From: Albugo candida
Lineage: Eukaryota
Assembly: GCA_040437565.1 (NCBI GenBank)
Contig: JBDOQK010000029.1
Coordinates: forward strand, 62,001-126,000
Length of the DNA: 64,000 nt
Reading direction: 5' to 3'
Below are positions 1 through 12,200 of the stretch, in pieces. How positions within the stretch are numbered: position 1 is the stretch's first letter; the number at the start of each line of letters is the position of its first letter. The position numbers and the translations under genes are program-made. The notes below the pieces were generated by a model. It was not told the DNA's origin, did not search any database, and saw only the letters and a program-made list of their open reading frames with translations.

Positions 1-657
1 AACACCTCGAGCTTGAGAGGTTTACTGGCATGACCATGCAATTCAGGGCAGAGTGCGACCACATCAACACGGCCTATTTTATTGAGAGGTAATGTCGAGC
101 TGATCTCTGTCGCCTGAATTGTTTGGAAGGAGAATCCATCCTTAGCATCCGTACAACATGGATTATTGCAAAGGTGGATCCTGACCCGGTACAATGTAAC
201 TCGTCCTGCGCATTTTTTGAATATATATCGGCATTTACTGCTTTTGTAATCATTTTTAGGTTTCTTGACTGTCTCGATGGCTGATACGATGATTGTTGGT
301 TTGATAAGACCGGCAATACTTTTCCCGTATCACATTCTCGACAGAGCCTAGACATCTTGCTGAAGCGGTTTACTTCGCATACAGCAAATGCTTACGACCA
401 AATGAAGTCTCAAACAATAAATTTCGACCGACCTTCTCGGGCGAATCATGAACAGATAGAGGCAACAATAAGCATGTGCTGTATACTATTGATTTGCATT
501 TGATACAGGGACACAACCAGCTTTCACGCTGCCCATCGAGCTTTTACATGATGTCAGCATTCTGAGTTTTGAGATTGGCTTATACAGAGGGAATCCGCCA
601 GGACAGCGGAGCATCGATATAAAATCCAATACAAAGCTTAAGAATTATACTCCATAG
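1..657 (+). CDS. Possible 3' end of an unknown multi-exon gene
   Basis: Short open segments separated by GT..AG intron-like stretches. The last segment reads TQPAFTLPIELLHDVSILSFEIGLYRGNPPGQRSIDIKSNTKLKNYTP followed by TAG TAG. No recognisable family. Confidence 0.25.
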
Positions 658-789
658 TAGAGTATCGAAGGTTTTTTTGCCAAATCACTTGTTTGAAATA
701 GAGATCATTGAGTCTACGTTCTTCATCTCAGGTCCTCGGTTCCAGCTGGCCGAATTACTTGACGCAAATAAAAAATGAGACATAAGTTC

Positions 790-1945
790 CAAATTCTGAC
801 TTCGCTTTGCAGCAACAGCAAGTGCTAATTTAGGTAAGAATAATTTCGTTATTTTTCCAATTGATGCAATCATCAGTGATACATTTTCCATGCACAAGCT
901 TGGTGTCAAGAGATTGATAGCCTCGACTAGATTTTTTCAGCATCACTCCTGAACATTGACATCTCCGGCTTCGACGAGCTGAGCAATCTACTCTGCAAAT
1001 TTGATCTGATCTCTTTTGCGAGTTACCATGAGAGCAGTCAATCATAACTTCTGCTAGTAACTTGGCTCCATTTAGCATATTTACCGCCTCTGTGAGGTAT
1101 TGTTCTTCACACTTCGGATTACCTTTGCCACCTCTTAGAATCATATGGCACTTTTCGTTCCCTTTCGTCATCACAATTGACGCGAGTCCGTGCTTGCTTA
1201 ATCCGAGACAACTTTATTGACTGGAGGCTGCTAAAGAAGCGTCCACTCGGATTTTAATATCACCTTCTGTGCCATTTTTTGCACCTCACCGGCATTCATA
1301 AGCCAGACGTAATTTTGCGATGTAGTTGAGACGCGCCCCGATGACTCTCACGATATTTGAAGTGAAATCGTATCCAGGAACTCTGATACAACCGATACGC
1401 CTAGCGCGTTGATATCGAGCAACAACTTTGGGCCACACGAATGCCTTTATCGATCTTTGAACGATAAGTTCAAGTCCGGGTCATTGATCAATCATTTCCA
1501 TCTAATGATGTACGCGGTTTCACTTATTAATTTCGCACTGGTGTCAGCAGCTCGCCTGATAATTTTTCCTGTAAAGGTCTCAGAAGTTTAGCTATTTGCA
1601 CGAGCGAAAAGAGTAGTGAATATCGATGAGAATTCGTGCGATAAAAGCGAGTCATTACCGTACTCCATAGCTGGGCCCACGTCATCTAACGAGCATGGTC
1701 CAAAAAGCACGACTAAGCGATCGTCACCGCAGTGCACAATATCGCAAACTTGTTCTCGGGCGCCCGTAATATAAAGTCATATTATGTAGGTGCAATGTGT
1801 CGACGTGTTTCCTCTCCATTTTATGGACCGTGCGGCTAACTGGAAGGTGTTCACTCACACATGCGGTCGAGATAAGAGGTCATATAATTGTGACATAAAA
1901 TCTTCTACTATTGCACGCTTGGAAATTTTTGCATTTTCCGTCATC
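790..1945 (-). pseudogene. Class I DAHP synthase (AroF/G/H, Aro3/4 type) pseudogene, copy 1
   Basis: Minus-strand pieces in the expected order: I*PLISTACVSEHLP; GDDRLVVLFGPCSLDD..AMEY, a GT-AG intron, AKLLRPLQEKLSGELL..KPRT; WK*LINDPDLN; LLLDINALG..SEFLDTIS; KNGTEGDI; TKGNEKCHMILRGGK; VMIDCSHGNSQK; GKCITDDCINW. Multiple stops and frameshifts. Confidence 0.9.
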
Positions 1946-2329
1946 AGCCCAACAATTCGATTCCGACCAATAGTTTAGGTGTGCACAATCACTCGATGAC
2001 GCATTGTTGGATTTTCGGTACGGTGAGGAGCGAGCGGTACAGGAGTTATTTCGATGGCTTCTGATTATTGAGGCAGCATTCAGATGTCACATAATCAAAC
2101 ATAGAGACCGCTGACACGCGCAAGAAAATGTCCATGTCTCAGTAACACACACATCAACGATAGCAATGCTTAATTTGTTCGCAGCCAAAAAATTGCACTT
2201 ATGAAGCCAATGCAAAGGTAATCGGATTTGGCTCTATGTAACACGTTGTTCGACACCAATGACTCAAGATCGTTGTCTGTGCCATGCGCGGGGGAGCTAT
2301 GTGGATTTCTTGAACAAGCATAGGTCCCG

Positions 2330-4302
2330 TACCCAGCTAAAGACATTCTCTAACGATGCAAGATGATCCTGGCGATGCATTTTCTCTCGCACGATTCGGT
2401 AAGATACATTAGAAAAAACTCCAGTAAATCGGCGGTGCAGCTATTCCTTTCTGGTCTTACATCCACACTGACGCATTTATCGATCTCAAATAGCCAACGA
2501 TTCCTTCTCTCAAAAACATCTTCTAGGTAAATAGCTCACGGAACGATTTGCGTCAATTCCTACAAATCAGAAGCTGGTCATTATTCTTTGTGTCGAAATC
2601 AAGTTCTTGATGGCGCACAATCAGCATTTCTGAGTTGTTCACTCAATCAATGTTTCATCGGATACCTCAGCGTTTCCTTTTGTAGATGCCGAAGGGTCGT
2701 CTCATATGAAAAAACAACGGGAAGGCATATCAGGGAGGAATTGAACCCCTGTAGAGCTTGACGGAAGAATCCAAAGTCTGCAACTGACTTATATTTTACG
2801 CAGCTTATGATGCTGAGCTACGCATTTCAGTTCAGTGTTATTGACGGTACGGGTTTTCCGATCCGATTACATCGAGAACGCTTTTGATTGGGAGAATGTA
2901 GAAATAGGCTCTTGCTCCTTGTATTGTATAGCATTGAGAAATTCACAAAGAGTATATAAGAAAACGAGCGAGACGAAGCATTCGAATCCGGCCATCGTGG
3001 TAATGTCCACGATACACGGACAAGCCGCAGTTTCCATTTGTTTATTGAGTGTGAATCAGTATAGCTTGGCCCAGATTCATTTATCCGCAAGATCCTGATC
3101 TCCAGTACACCATCGATGCGAACTGCTATGCACGGGAGTGCACGACTCCAACGAACAAGACCAACGACACATTGAAAGAATTGCAGCTGGCGGCATCTTT
3201 AAGGACAACGCGACGGTCCATATTTCTTCCGAAGACTCGGTTACCAAATTGAAGTCTCCGCCTCATCTGGAGATCTCAACGGTCAAGGCTTAATTGAATG
3301 GATCAAGCGAATTGAAGCCGTACCTACTTGATTAGCATCACAAATTGGTGCAAAAACAAGCAAAAAGAGATGTACAACAGAGGCATAACCCGTTAGACGA
3401 TGAGAAGAATAGGATTAAAGTGCTGAAGGATGTATTGCAAAGAAGGAGGTCGAAAGAAACACGACTTTTCATGACACGCAAAAGAGTATTTGAAAATCGA
3501 ACGACAACTACGGTTCTCGTTGGCGGAGCTTGAAGCAAGAAAGCGTCAATTTGAGACGGAAATGTCGACCATAAACGAATTATCAGTTGGACAACAATGA
3601 AATTGTCCTGTTGAGCAAACAGCTTCAAGCTGGACGACAGAGTGCAGCGGTAATGGATAAACAATGAGCTATGGCGTTGATGAAGCAAGTAGCTGCTCTC
3701 GTTGCCCAATGAAGCCGCACAGAAAAGAAAAGAAAACGTCTGGAAGCAAACTTTGTAGAAGCTTCGTGAAGAAATCTTTTCCTTACGAAATCAAAGAGCC
3801 CTCTTCCATCTCTCTTAACCACACTACGATCCGTCGACGATCAACTTGCAACGTTCACGTGAACAAGAACCCCTTCCTAAATTGAGTTTACCTGTACAGG
3901 CAATAATATACAGGAGAAAAGATGAGTTAGAGTAAGAGGCTCACGCGATGGAGTATACGCAGCTGTTATTGCATCCATCCTTGACAGAATCGAAAGCAGA
4001 GAATTAAGAAAACGTACGAACATATTATAAATTATAATGGGTTCTTAATATTCGCATTTAGTTGTTAAGTATTTGCATCAACCTTGATAGGATCCAAAGC
4101 ATGAAATTTAGAAAACGTACCAACATATTTTGAATTATGATGGGTTCTTATTGGCATTTAGTTGTTGAATATTTGCATCAGCCTTGATAGGATCGAAAGC
4201 TTAAAATTAACAAAAACGTACATCATTAAGTTGGGATCTTATTTGTTGTTAAGTACATGCATCAGCATCGAATTATGAGAGCAAACAATTGAAAGCGAAA
4301 AT
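2330..4302. repeat. Diverged duplicated block, copy A (degenerate + strand coiled-coil-like gene relic plus minisatellite)
   Basis: Aligns by eye to 5160-7633 (e.g. agctaaagacatt...gatgatcctggcgatgc at both starts; 3290-3900 vs 6690-7310) with many substitutions and indels. Reading frames are broken. Confidence 0.85.
3985..4302. repeat. AT-rich ~100-bp tandem minisatellite, about 3 degenerate units
   Basis: Repeated motif gatcgaaagc..aaaacgtac.aacatatt.tgaattat.atgggttcttatt.gcatttagttgtt...tttgcatca.ccttgatag. Confidence 0.85.
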
Positions 4303-4554
4303 NNNNNNNNNNNNNNNNNNNNNNNNNNNNNNNNNNNNNNNNNNNNNNNNNNNNNNNNNNNNNNNNNNNNNNNNNNNNNNNNNNNNNNNNNNNNNNNNNN
4401 NNTTGTGTCGATATGTCGACTTGAACCATTGTTTTCGAGAGGAAAGAGGTGAAAAAAGTTGTTTTTTCGAGTTGTTTTTACTAAATTGGCGGGTTACTTA
4501 GTAGCCGGCAAATTGAGAAAATTAACACATCCACAGTAGTGTCTCGTCCGATGC

Positions 4555-4962
4555 ATAAATCGACAGTTGCTAATGTAAATGCCTCTCATTTGTTGCGTTG
4601 CGTGCCATTGCCATCTCAACTAGCCACATCGCTTACAACTGAGGCGATGTTGTGTTCAAAAACGCGTTCGCCTTTCTTCATCATGTCTGAAATGTCTCAA
4701 GCCGCACGCAAGTCTCTTTTGATATTGTGCATCCGATTCGAGTCTGTCTCAGGCATAGATTTTCCATCCGACTCTTGTGTCCTATCTCTACTCAATGTAA
4801 ACACGCACGATGAATAGATCACCCACAACCCAGCTGGAGATTCTTGAAACGCTTTGCTAAACGAATTGTGACGGTATATCCATAAGGAAAGGGAAGAAGA
4901 CAAGCCGTAGTCGATTGCGGTGTCTCCATCGTGAATAGAGCAAGGCTCAACCACGCCAATCT
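4555..4962 (-). pseudogene. Class I DAHP synthase pseudogene fragment, copy 2
   Basis: IGVVEPCSIHDGDTAIDY, an intron, AKRFKNLQ; GDLFIVRVYIE*..TRVGWK; HNIKRDLRAA*; FLNTTSPQ..SDVAS*. The intron is at the same position as in copy 1. Confidence 0.8.
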
Positions 4963-5159
4963 GAAACAAGAAAAAAAGTTAGATACGAACGCAGGTTAAG
5001 GACATTGAAACCGTACAGCCATCTCAGCGAGCAAGAAGGTTTTCGCCGACATCTATCTTCTGAGCAGAGAGCACTCACGATATATTATGGATTCTAAGAT
5101 AGTTGTCAATGCGACGCACGGCGTAGGTATTCAGACTTCTCACAATCATAAGTCCATTG

Positions 5160-7633
5160 CCTAGCTAAAGACATTTTCTAGCGCTACTAAGATGATCCTG
5201 GCGATGCGTTCTGCCTCGCACGTTTTCACCGGAATACATAAAGCTGCCGAAATCCGGAGCGCAGCTACACTTTGCTTTCCATTCCCACTGGCGCAGTTAT
5301 CAATCTCAAATCACCAATGATCCCTTCTATCAAAGGCAATTTGAGGATAAGAAGCTCACTGAACGATTTGCGTGTATTCTTACTGAATGAGAAATCGGTC
5401 ACCCATCATTTTGCTGAGAATCAAGTCCTTGGAGACGTACAATCATCATTTTTCCGGAAGGGTTCATTCTTCAATGTTCTCAACAGATAGGAGTGAAGCT
5501 GCAGCCAACAGCGCTGCACTTGCGGACTGCCTTGCGTTTGATGCATCAGCTCAACCAATTCCTTTTGTGGATGTTGAGATAATGTGTCACGGAGAAAACA
5601 ACGAAACATGCACCTTAACGAGCGATCAAACTTCCAAAGAGCTTGACGGAAGATATCCGAAGTCCGGAACTGAGTTATAATTTCTTTGATGCTGAGCTAC
5701 GCAGTTAAGTGCTTCTTTGCTGGCGAAAGAATGGAAATTACTGCATTGTTGACGGTACGGGATTTCTAATACGGTTTTCACCGTAAACCTTTTTGAACCA
5801 GAAGAATGAAGAAATAGAACCTTGCTCCTTGCAATCGTATAGCATTGAGAAACTCACAGAGAATATGGAAGAAGACGGTCAACACGAAGCATTCGAACCC
5901 GTCCATGGAAGCAACGGGCACGACAGACGAATAGATCAAAGGTTCCATCTGTTTATTGAGTTTAAAGCAGTACAGCTCGGCCCAGATTCATTACTCTTCA
6001 TCGTATTCGGGATGAAGAATCCTCAACTCCCCTTCGACAGAGGTACGAAATCTCGCTATATGTGCATCTCGCTTCACGCACTCAAAAGTTATACTTTCAG
6101 GTCCGGATCGAAGCAAATATCAGAGAAATGTCACCAGAAAAGATCATCCTATTGGATACCTATTGCAAATACGCCACTACCTCTTCGGAAGGGACTAAAC
6201 CAGAAATATACACAGCACAATTACACATCACGATCAACGCGAATCACACGAAAACCGATGAATCCGTCCACGCGTTTAAAAGCTGCAATCTGAACCTTTC
6301 GATCGTGAATGATGTCATGAAGCAGATGGACAAAAAGGGGTGGGGGCATCGATATAGAGCGTACATTGAAGAGAATGGTAATTTGGACCTCGTATCTCAC
6401 GAGTGATAATTTCGGAACCTTCAGTTGTTGTTAGATCTTTACTGATTGCATTCTGTAGCGCACAAGTCGGAAAATTTCTCATCGAAAGCAGCAAACGAAA
6501 GTTGACGCGCATAAAAAAAAGGACCAATTCTATCGTGCGGCCTCAAGATCCTGATTTCCAGTGCACCATCGATGCGAACGGCCATACACAGGGAGTACGA
6601 CTCCAGCAAACAACATGAACGACAAAGTGAAAGAATTGCAGCTGATCATCTTTTGAAAGGGGCAACGTAACCGCCTCAACAGGAGATCTAATGGTCAAGT
6701 TTAAAATTGAGTGGAATAGCGAATTGAAGCAGTATCTACTTGATGAGCATAATCACGGATTGGTGTACAAACAAGCAAGAAGAGAGGCACAAACTGTTGA
6801 AAGATGAGAAGAATCGGATCAAAGTGCTGGAGTAGATACTGGCAAAGAAAGGGTCGGAAGAAACATGACTTTTCGTGACACGAAAAAAGGGTATTTGAAA
6901 CTTGATAGACAACTACGGTTCTCCTTGGCGGAGCTTGAAGCAACAAAGCGTCAATTTGAGACGGAAAACGTCGACCATGAACGAATAATCAATTGGACGA
7001 CAATGAAATTGTCCTGTTGAGCAAACCGCTTCATGCTGGACGACAGAGTGCAGCGGTACTGGATAAACAATGAGCAATTGCGTAAAAGAAGCAAGTAGCG
7101 GCTCTCGTTGCTCAATGAAGCCGCACAGAAAAGAAACAAAACGTTTTGGAGCAAAATTTGTAGAAGCTTCGTGAAGGAATCGTTTCCTTGCGAAATCGAA
7201 GAGCCCTCTTGCATCTCTCCCAAGCATAGTACGATCCGTCGACGATCAACGTGCAACGTTCACGTGAGCAACATACACTTCCTACAAATTATGTTCACCT
7301 GTGCAGGTAATAATCGAAAGCATAAAATTTAGAAAACGTACGAACATATTATGAATCATAATGGGTACTTATTCGCATTTAGTTGTAACGTGTTTGCATC
7401 AGCCTTGGTAGGATCGAAAGCATAGAACGTACCAAAATATTATGAATTATGATGGGTTCTTATTCGCATTTAGTTTTAAAGAGTTTGCATCAGATTTAGA
7501 GAACGGACCAACATATTATAAAGTATCTTAGGTTCTCATAACAAAAACGTACATGATTAAGTTGGGTTCTTATTTGTTGTTAAGTACATGCATCAGCATC
7601 GAATTATGAGAGCAAACAATTGAAAGCGAAAAT
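5160..7633. repeat. Diverged duplicated block, copy B
   Basis: Homologous to 2330-4302, with extra internal sequence around 5990-6530. Fragmented ORFs at 5272-7332. Confidence 0.85.
7313..7620. repeat. AT-rich ~100-bp tandem minisatellite, 3-4 degenerate units
   Basis: Same unit as 3985-4302. Confidence 0.85.
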
Positions 7634-8016
7634 TATATTATATTATTAATTGCTAAGGGTTTCCTTATTACAGGTTTCATCAAATCCGACAAGTGTCTCC
7701 GCTGCCTCCTGTAAAGCTTGGAGTTCGTCCAGGTAAACCTCCAAAAGATCCCTGTATCCACGCTCCAAGCACTGAAAGTCCATATAGTCCTCCACTGTAA
7801 TGCATCGGTCGTAATTCCAGCCGATAGCGATAACATCCNNNNNNNNNNNNNNNNNNNNNNNNNNNNNNNNNNNNNNNNNNNNNNNNNNNNNNNNNNNNNN
7901 NNNNNNNNNNNNNNNNNNNNNNNNNNNNNNNNNNNNNNTCTTATTTGTTGTTAAGTACATGCATCAGCATCGAATTATGAGAGCAAACAATTGAAAGCGA
8001 AAATTATATTATATTA

Positions 8017-8592
8017 TTAATTGCTAAGGGTTTCCTTATTACAGGTTTCATCAAATCCGACAAGTGTCTCCGCTGCCTCCTGTAAAGCTTGGAGTTCGTC
8101 CAGGTAAACCTCCAAAAGATCCCTGTATCCACGCTCCAAGCACTGAAAGTCCATATAGTCCTCCACTGTAATGCATCGGTCGTAATTCCAGCCGATAGCG
8201 ATAACATCCCTGCAATCGGCTGTCGCTCCGTTGACCTGACGGAGGATTTCCTGTTTCCAAGGCTCCTTCAATTTGAATTTTATTTCATCTGAATTCATAA
8301 AGTCCAGGTCCTCCTGGAATGCGGCCGCCGGAGATCGCATCTCACCGCTTTCAGGCTGGTTTGTCGGATCGAGCGTCAATTTCCGAATGGCGAGCAATCT
8401 TTTGAGTTGGTTCATGACGCATTGTTTCGTCAGCGTGATACTTCCCACGGCAGTGGTGATGGTCTGCACCGCCTCACATGCGTCCAGATCTGTCGATCCA
8501 TTCCAACGCTTCCACTGCGCACGAAGATGAGCTGCACATGCAGCAAAGGCGTCAGCGATGCGTTTCATCAATTCTTTGAAGTAGGTTATCAT
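8017..8592 (-). CDS. Hypothetical protein, 191 aa, predicted helical
   Basis: Intact ATG-to-stop ORF, GC-richer than its flanks, no recognisable motif. The partial copy at 7646-7838 is gap overlap. Confidence 0.5.
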   Translation of the reverse strand: MITYFKELMKRIADAFAACAAHLRAQWKRWNGSTDLDACEAVQTITTAVGSITLTKQCVMNQLKRLLAIRKLTLDPTNQPESGEMRSPAAAFQEDLDFMNSDEIKFKLKEPWKQEILRQVNGATADCRDVIAIGWNYDRCITVEDYMDFQCLERGYRDLLEVYLDELQALQEAAETLVGFDETCNKETLSN

Positions 8593-8941
8593 TTTTTTTG
8601 TAATCTTTTAAAAATGACGTACCTTTTCGCTGGTCGACGACCTTCGTCGTTGCCGATCATTGAGTCCGAGTCTCTTTGCGAGAAATCATGTCAATCAATG
8701 CAGTAAATAGATAGGTACCTATACCATGTGCCTACACTATCAAAGGCGAAACGTATTTAAGGTATATAACACAAGCCACGCTTATCTGGCATGATCAAGT
8801 TGGAAACCTAGTATGTATCGTTAAGCTGCTGCCTATATTTCCAAATTTACTGCTAACATATTCAATAAGAATCCTTGCATTCATCCACAGTATTTCTTTA
8901 CGCATTTAGGCGAACGGCCAGAATTGAATTCATGAGAATTG

Positions 8942-9198
8942 TGTTGAAGAAGGGTGTATTGTTGTCAAGTTACGCTATCGCACGATGCATGTTGGTAACG
9001 GCACAGGATTACCGACGCGCCGGCCAGGCGATTTCTAATGCGTGACTATACGATTAGTAATGCGCGGTATGGAAAACTGTCAAGTTATAGTCGAAGAAAG
9101 CACTAGGCTTAGAGTAGCAAGAGCGTTTGCGAACTAAGGACCAAAATATATTTCAGTATTCAATTTGTTACCTGCTGAACACTACGCATCTTTCAACA
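8942..9198 (+). repeat. 5' LTR (257 bp)
   Basis: tgttgaagaaggg...ctttcaaca; direct repeat of 13654-13909. Confidence 0.95.
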
Positions 9199-9211
9199 GG
9201 TTATGAGCCCA
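9199..9211 (+). promoter_or_regulatory. Primer binding site complementary to the tRNA-Met anticodon arm (half-tRNA priming)
   Basis: GGTTATGAGCCCA lies directly after the LTR CA. It has no TGG start and resembles the Drosophila copia/Ty5 (hemivirus) type PBS. Confidence 0.85.
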
Positions 9212-12200
9212 ACGACTGATTCCAACGGCGCTCCAAGCGCACCTACTCCAGTCAGCTTTGACGCCGGCCACGAAAGGCCACGGCGTCTCCAGCGGTAGTT
9301 CAAGGTAAAAAGACGGTCCACAAAAAGAGCGATGACGTCAATACCAGAATACTCGCAGCCCTCGTCGACCTGCAAGCACGAATGACGCAGATTGAGGTCT
9401 CACAGCTGAAACGCAATGAAGACGAACGTATGATTGGGGCCATTGAGTCAGGGATGTTTCGCTCTGCATTTGTCAATGGTCGCGGTGGTACACCAATGAA
9501 CATCGACTCGCTAGGGCACTCTCCGATGCGTCCAAGAACTGGGCAAGAGCGCACAAGTGTATCCCAAAAAGGAGCTGCCCGGAATGCGGCGAAGCCAGGA
9601 TGGCGGGAACCACAAGCAGCATTTTTTTTATTGGTGCGTGCGCCGTATTCAAACATGGATTACGCGGCGGCGCAGGATTATGCGCGTCGGAAGAAACCAG
9701 ACGCACAGAAAGCAATGAGAATTCCGGACAAGCGTCAAAGAAGATTGGCTATTCTAAAATTCGATGGCTCCGAGCTGTATCGAGGCTTAGGCTCCGGTTT
9801 TCTGGACTGGGGAAGGACATTCATGCGTCAGGTCCAGTACGCTCAAGCGGCATGTGGTTTTGACTGGTCCGAAGACGTAAAGACTCACCTGCTTGTCCAC
9901 TACCTTAGTGGTACGGCCGAGCGCTACTACAACAAGCTGGTCGAGTCATGGTGGTATCAGACACCAACACTTGCTCACGTTATGGAGCGTCGTCATCAGA
10001 CATTCAAGGCAAGTATTACAGCATCCCAGTCGATGAAGCTTTTTACAGAAAAGAAGTATCCAAATAGAAGCTGGCCCGACCATTACCTTTGTATGGTGGC
10101 GGTGAGCGATGCATTTGACGGCGCTGACGCGCAAGTTCTAGAGAACATTGTGCACTATGCGTCGACTGAGCTTCACACGGTGCTAATGGCCAAGTACGAC
10201 GGGAGTCGTCCCGACTACCTAGCTCAAGCTGAAGAGCTTGCACATTTCGCACAATATGTCGAACTGGATACGCGAAGTACTTTCTCGTTTGACAAGGACG
10301 TCGTAACACACGTTGCTGAAAGCAAGCCACGCGTTGATACGCGCACGTGTTTTGGGTGTGGCAAAGTCGGGCACATCCAGTCGGTCTGTCCTGACGAAAG
10401 GAAGGAGGCGAAGAGAGGTACAATGGCGGCAAGGGGACTTGGAGAAACAATGCCAGGACAAAGGACATTGTTAACTACACTTTGTGCATACAAGACGCCA
10501 AGGCCCAGGACAGCTTGTGGATTCTGGACAGTGGATCTAGCAGGCACCTCGTCAATGATGAGGCGCTTCTCGAAGATGCAAGAGAATATGATGATCAATG
10601 CCTGGTCGCCAACGGAAAAACGCTTCGTCTTACAATGGTCGAGAATGTGGTGATTCACGTGATGGTATGCGGAAAAGCAAGTGTTATACGACTTACAGAA
10701 GTCTACTACCCACCACTGCTAGCGCACAATATCGTGTCGTACGGTAAGCTTGAGACTAAAGGTTACGGGCTCAAGTATAAGAATAACAGGCGAGCCCTTA
10801 TCTCTCTGAATACCGGCTCCGTCGTGTTCGACGTGGAGATGTGCAACAACGAGCTCGTCATCGAGACGCAAGAAGAAAGAGCTGATGAAGCAACATTAAA
10901 GACCGTCATTGCTGCGATTGATGAAGCAAAAAATCAAGAAGTTGATGAAGGTGTGCATTCAGGAACGCTCATGCACTTTCACCAACGTTTCGGACATCAA
11001 TCCTACGACACCACTGAGAGAATGGCACGTGAGCCTAGATCTGGAATCCGGCTTACTGATAATGAGCGAGTGTCGTGTGTCACATGCGCGCAAGCGAAGC
11101 AGTCAAAGAGTGCGCATTGCAAGAAGGACACAGGCGTGCATTCGACGATTGACCGTGTTGGTGGTGTTATGTGTTCGGACCTCAATGGACCCATGACACC
11201 AAAAGAGCGAATGAGAAATCGTCAACTTCGTGGATAACAAGAGCATGTATTGCCGCGTGTTTCTCGCACGCACCAAGGATCAAGCGGCGAACAAGTTGAA
11301 GCATTTCTTAACCTTTTTTGAGAAGCGTTTCAATTGCCGACTCCACGTTGTGCTAACTGACGGTGTTGGAGACTACAAGAATGTGGATTTAATTTACAAG
11401 TCAACCGGCGTGGCGAGACAAGTGAGCGAGGCGCGAAACAAAGCATCAAATGGAAAAGCCGAGCGCATGCACAGAACATTTCTAAACATGGCGCGCTCTA
11501 TGATATTCGAAAGAAATCTCCAACTGAATTTCTGAGGTGACGCAACCGAATACTCGTACATCTTGAATCGCAGCCCTACGAGCGCGAACCCCAATCGTGC
11601 GTCGCCGATTGAAGTATTGACAAAGAAGGCACTCGATCTACGCGGCATCGTTGTATTCGGATCAACATGTACGGCTAATCGTGACCCAAAGACGAACTCG
11701 CTACCAAGGGATACCGTGTTTATATCCGTAAAGACAATGTCGTCATTGTTACACAGCACGTCAAGAATATCCAGACACTTTCCAGTGTGCAGAATGGACA
11801 GCTCCAACACATTCTGAAGCTAGAGGGTGGAAGTGGCGATGCTCAAGGTGACGTGCTGGCAACTCGAAATCGCTGCGACAGTGATAAGAATTGTAAGGGC
11901 AAGGAGAAGAGCAAGCTATGGATGCGTGTCCCTTATGCAACACGCGCATCAACAAAGAAGGCGATGCAAGCTATAAGGAGTACGACTGATTCTGTAGCCA
12001 CCGTGCTACAAGCCTATGAGCCAGACTCGAAGACACACGCTAAAGCGATGCGCGGTTCAAAGGCTGAAGGTTGGTACAATGCCATTCTCGAATAAATCAA
12101 AGCTCTTGAGGATAACAACGTGTGGAATGGGATCAAGCGACCGGCCGATCCAAATTTGCTACACAGTAAGTGGGTGTTTAAGACGAAGACAGTTGCAAAC

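Noticed and set aside
790..1945. Bacterial contamination or recent horizontal transfer of aroG
   Set aside because: It contains a spliceosomal-type intron at a position shared with the second relic, and oomycetes have native class I DAHP synthases.
3985..4302. CRISPR-like array
   Set aside because: Whole units are degenerate copies with no unique spacers, there are no cas genes, and the context is eukaryotic.
10440..10500. Programmed gag-pol frameshift in the copia element
   Set aside because: The element has many other frameshifts and stops and no clear slippery site; copia elements usually have a single ORF, so decay is the simpler explanation.
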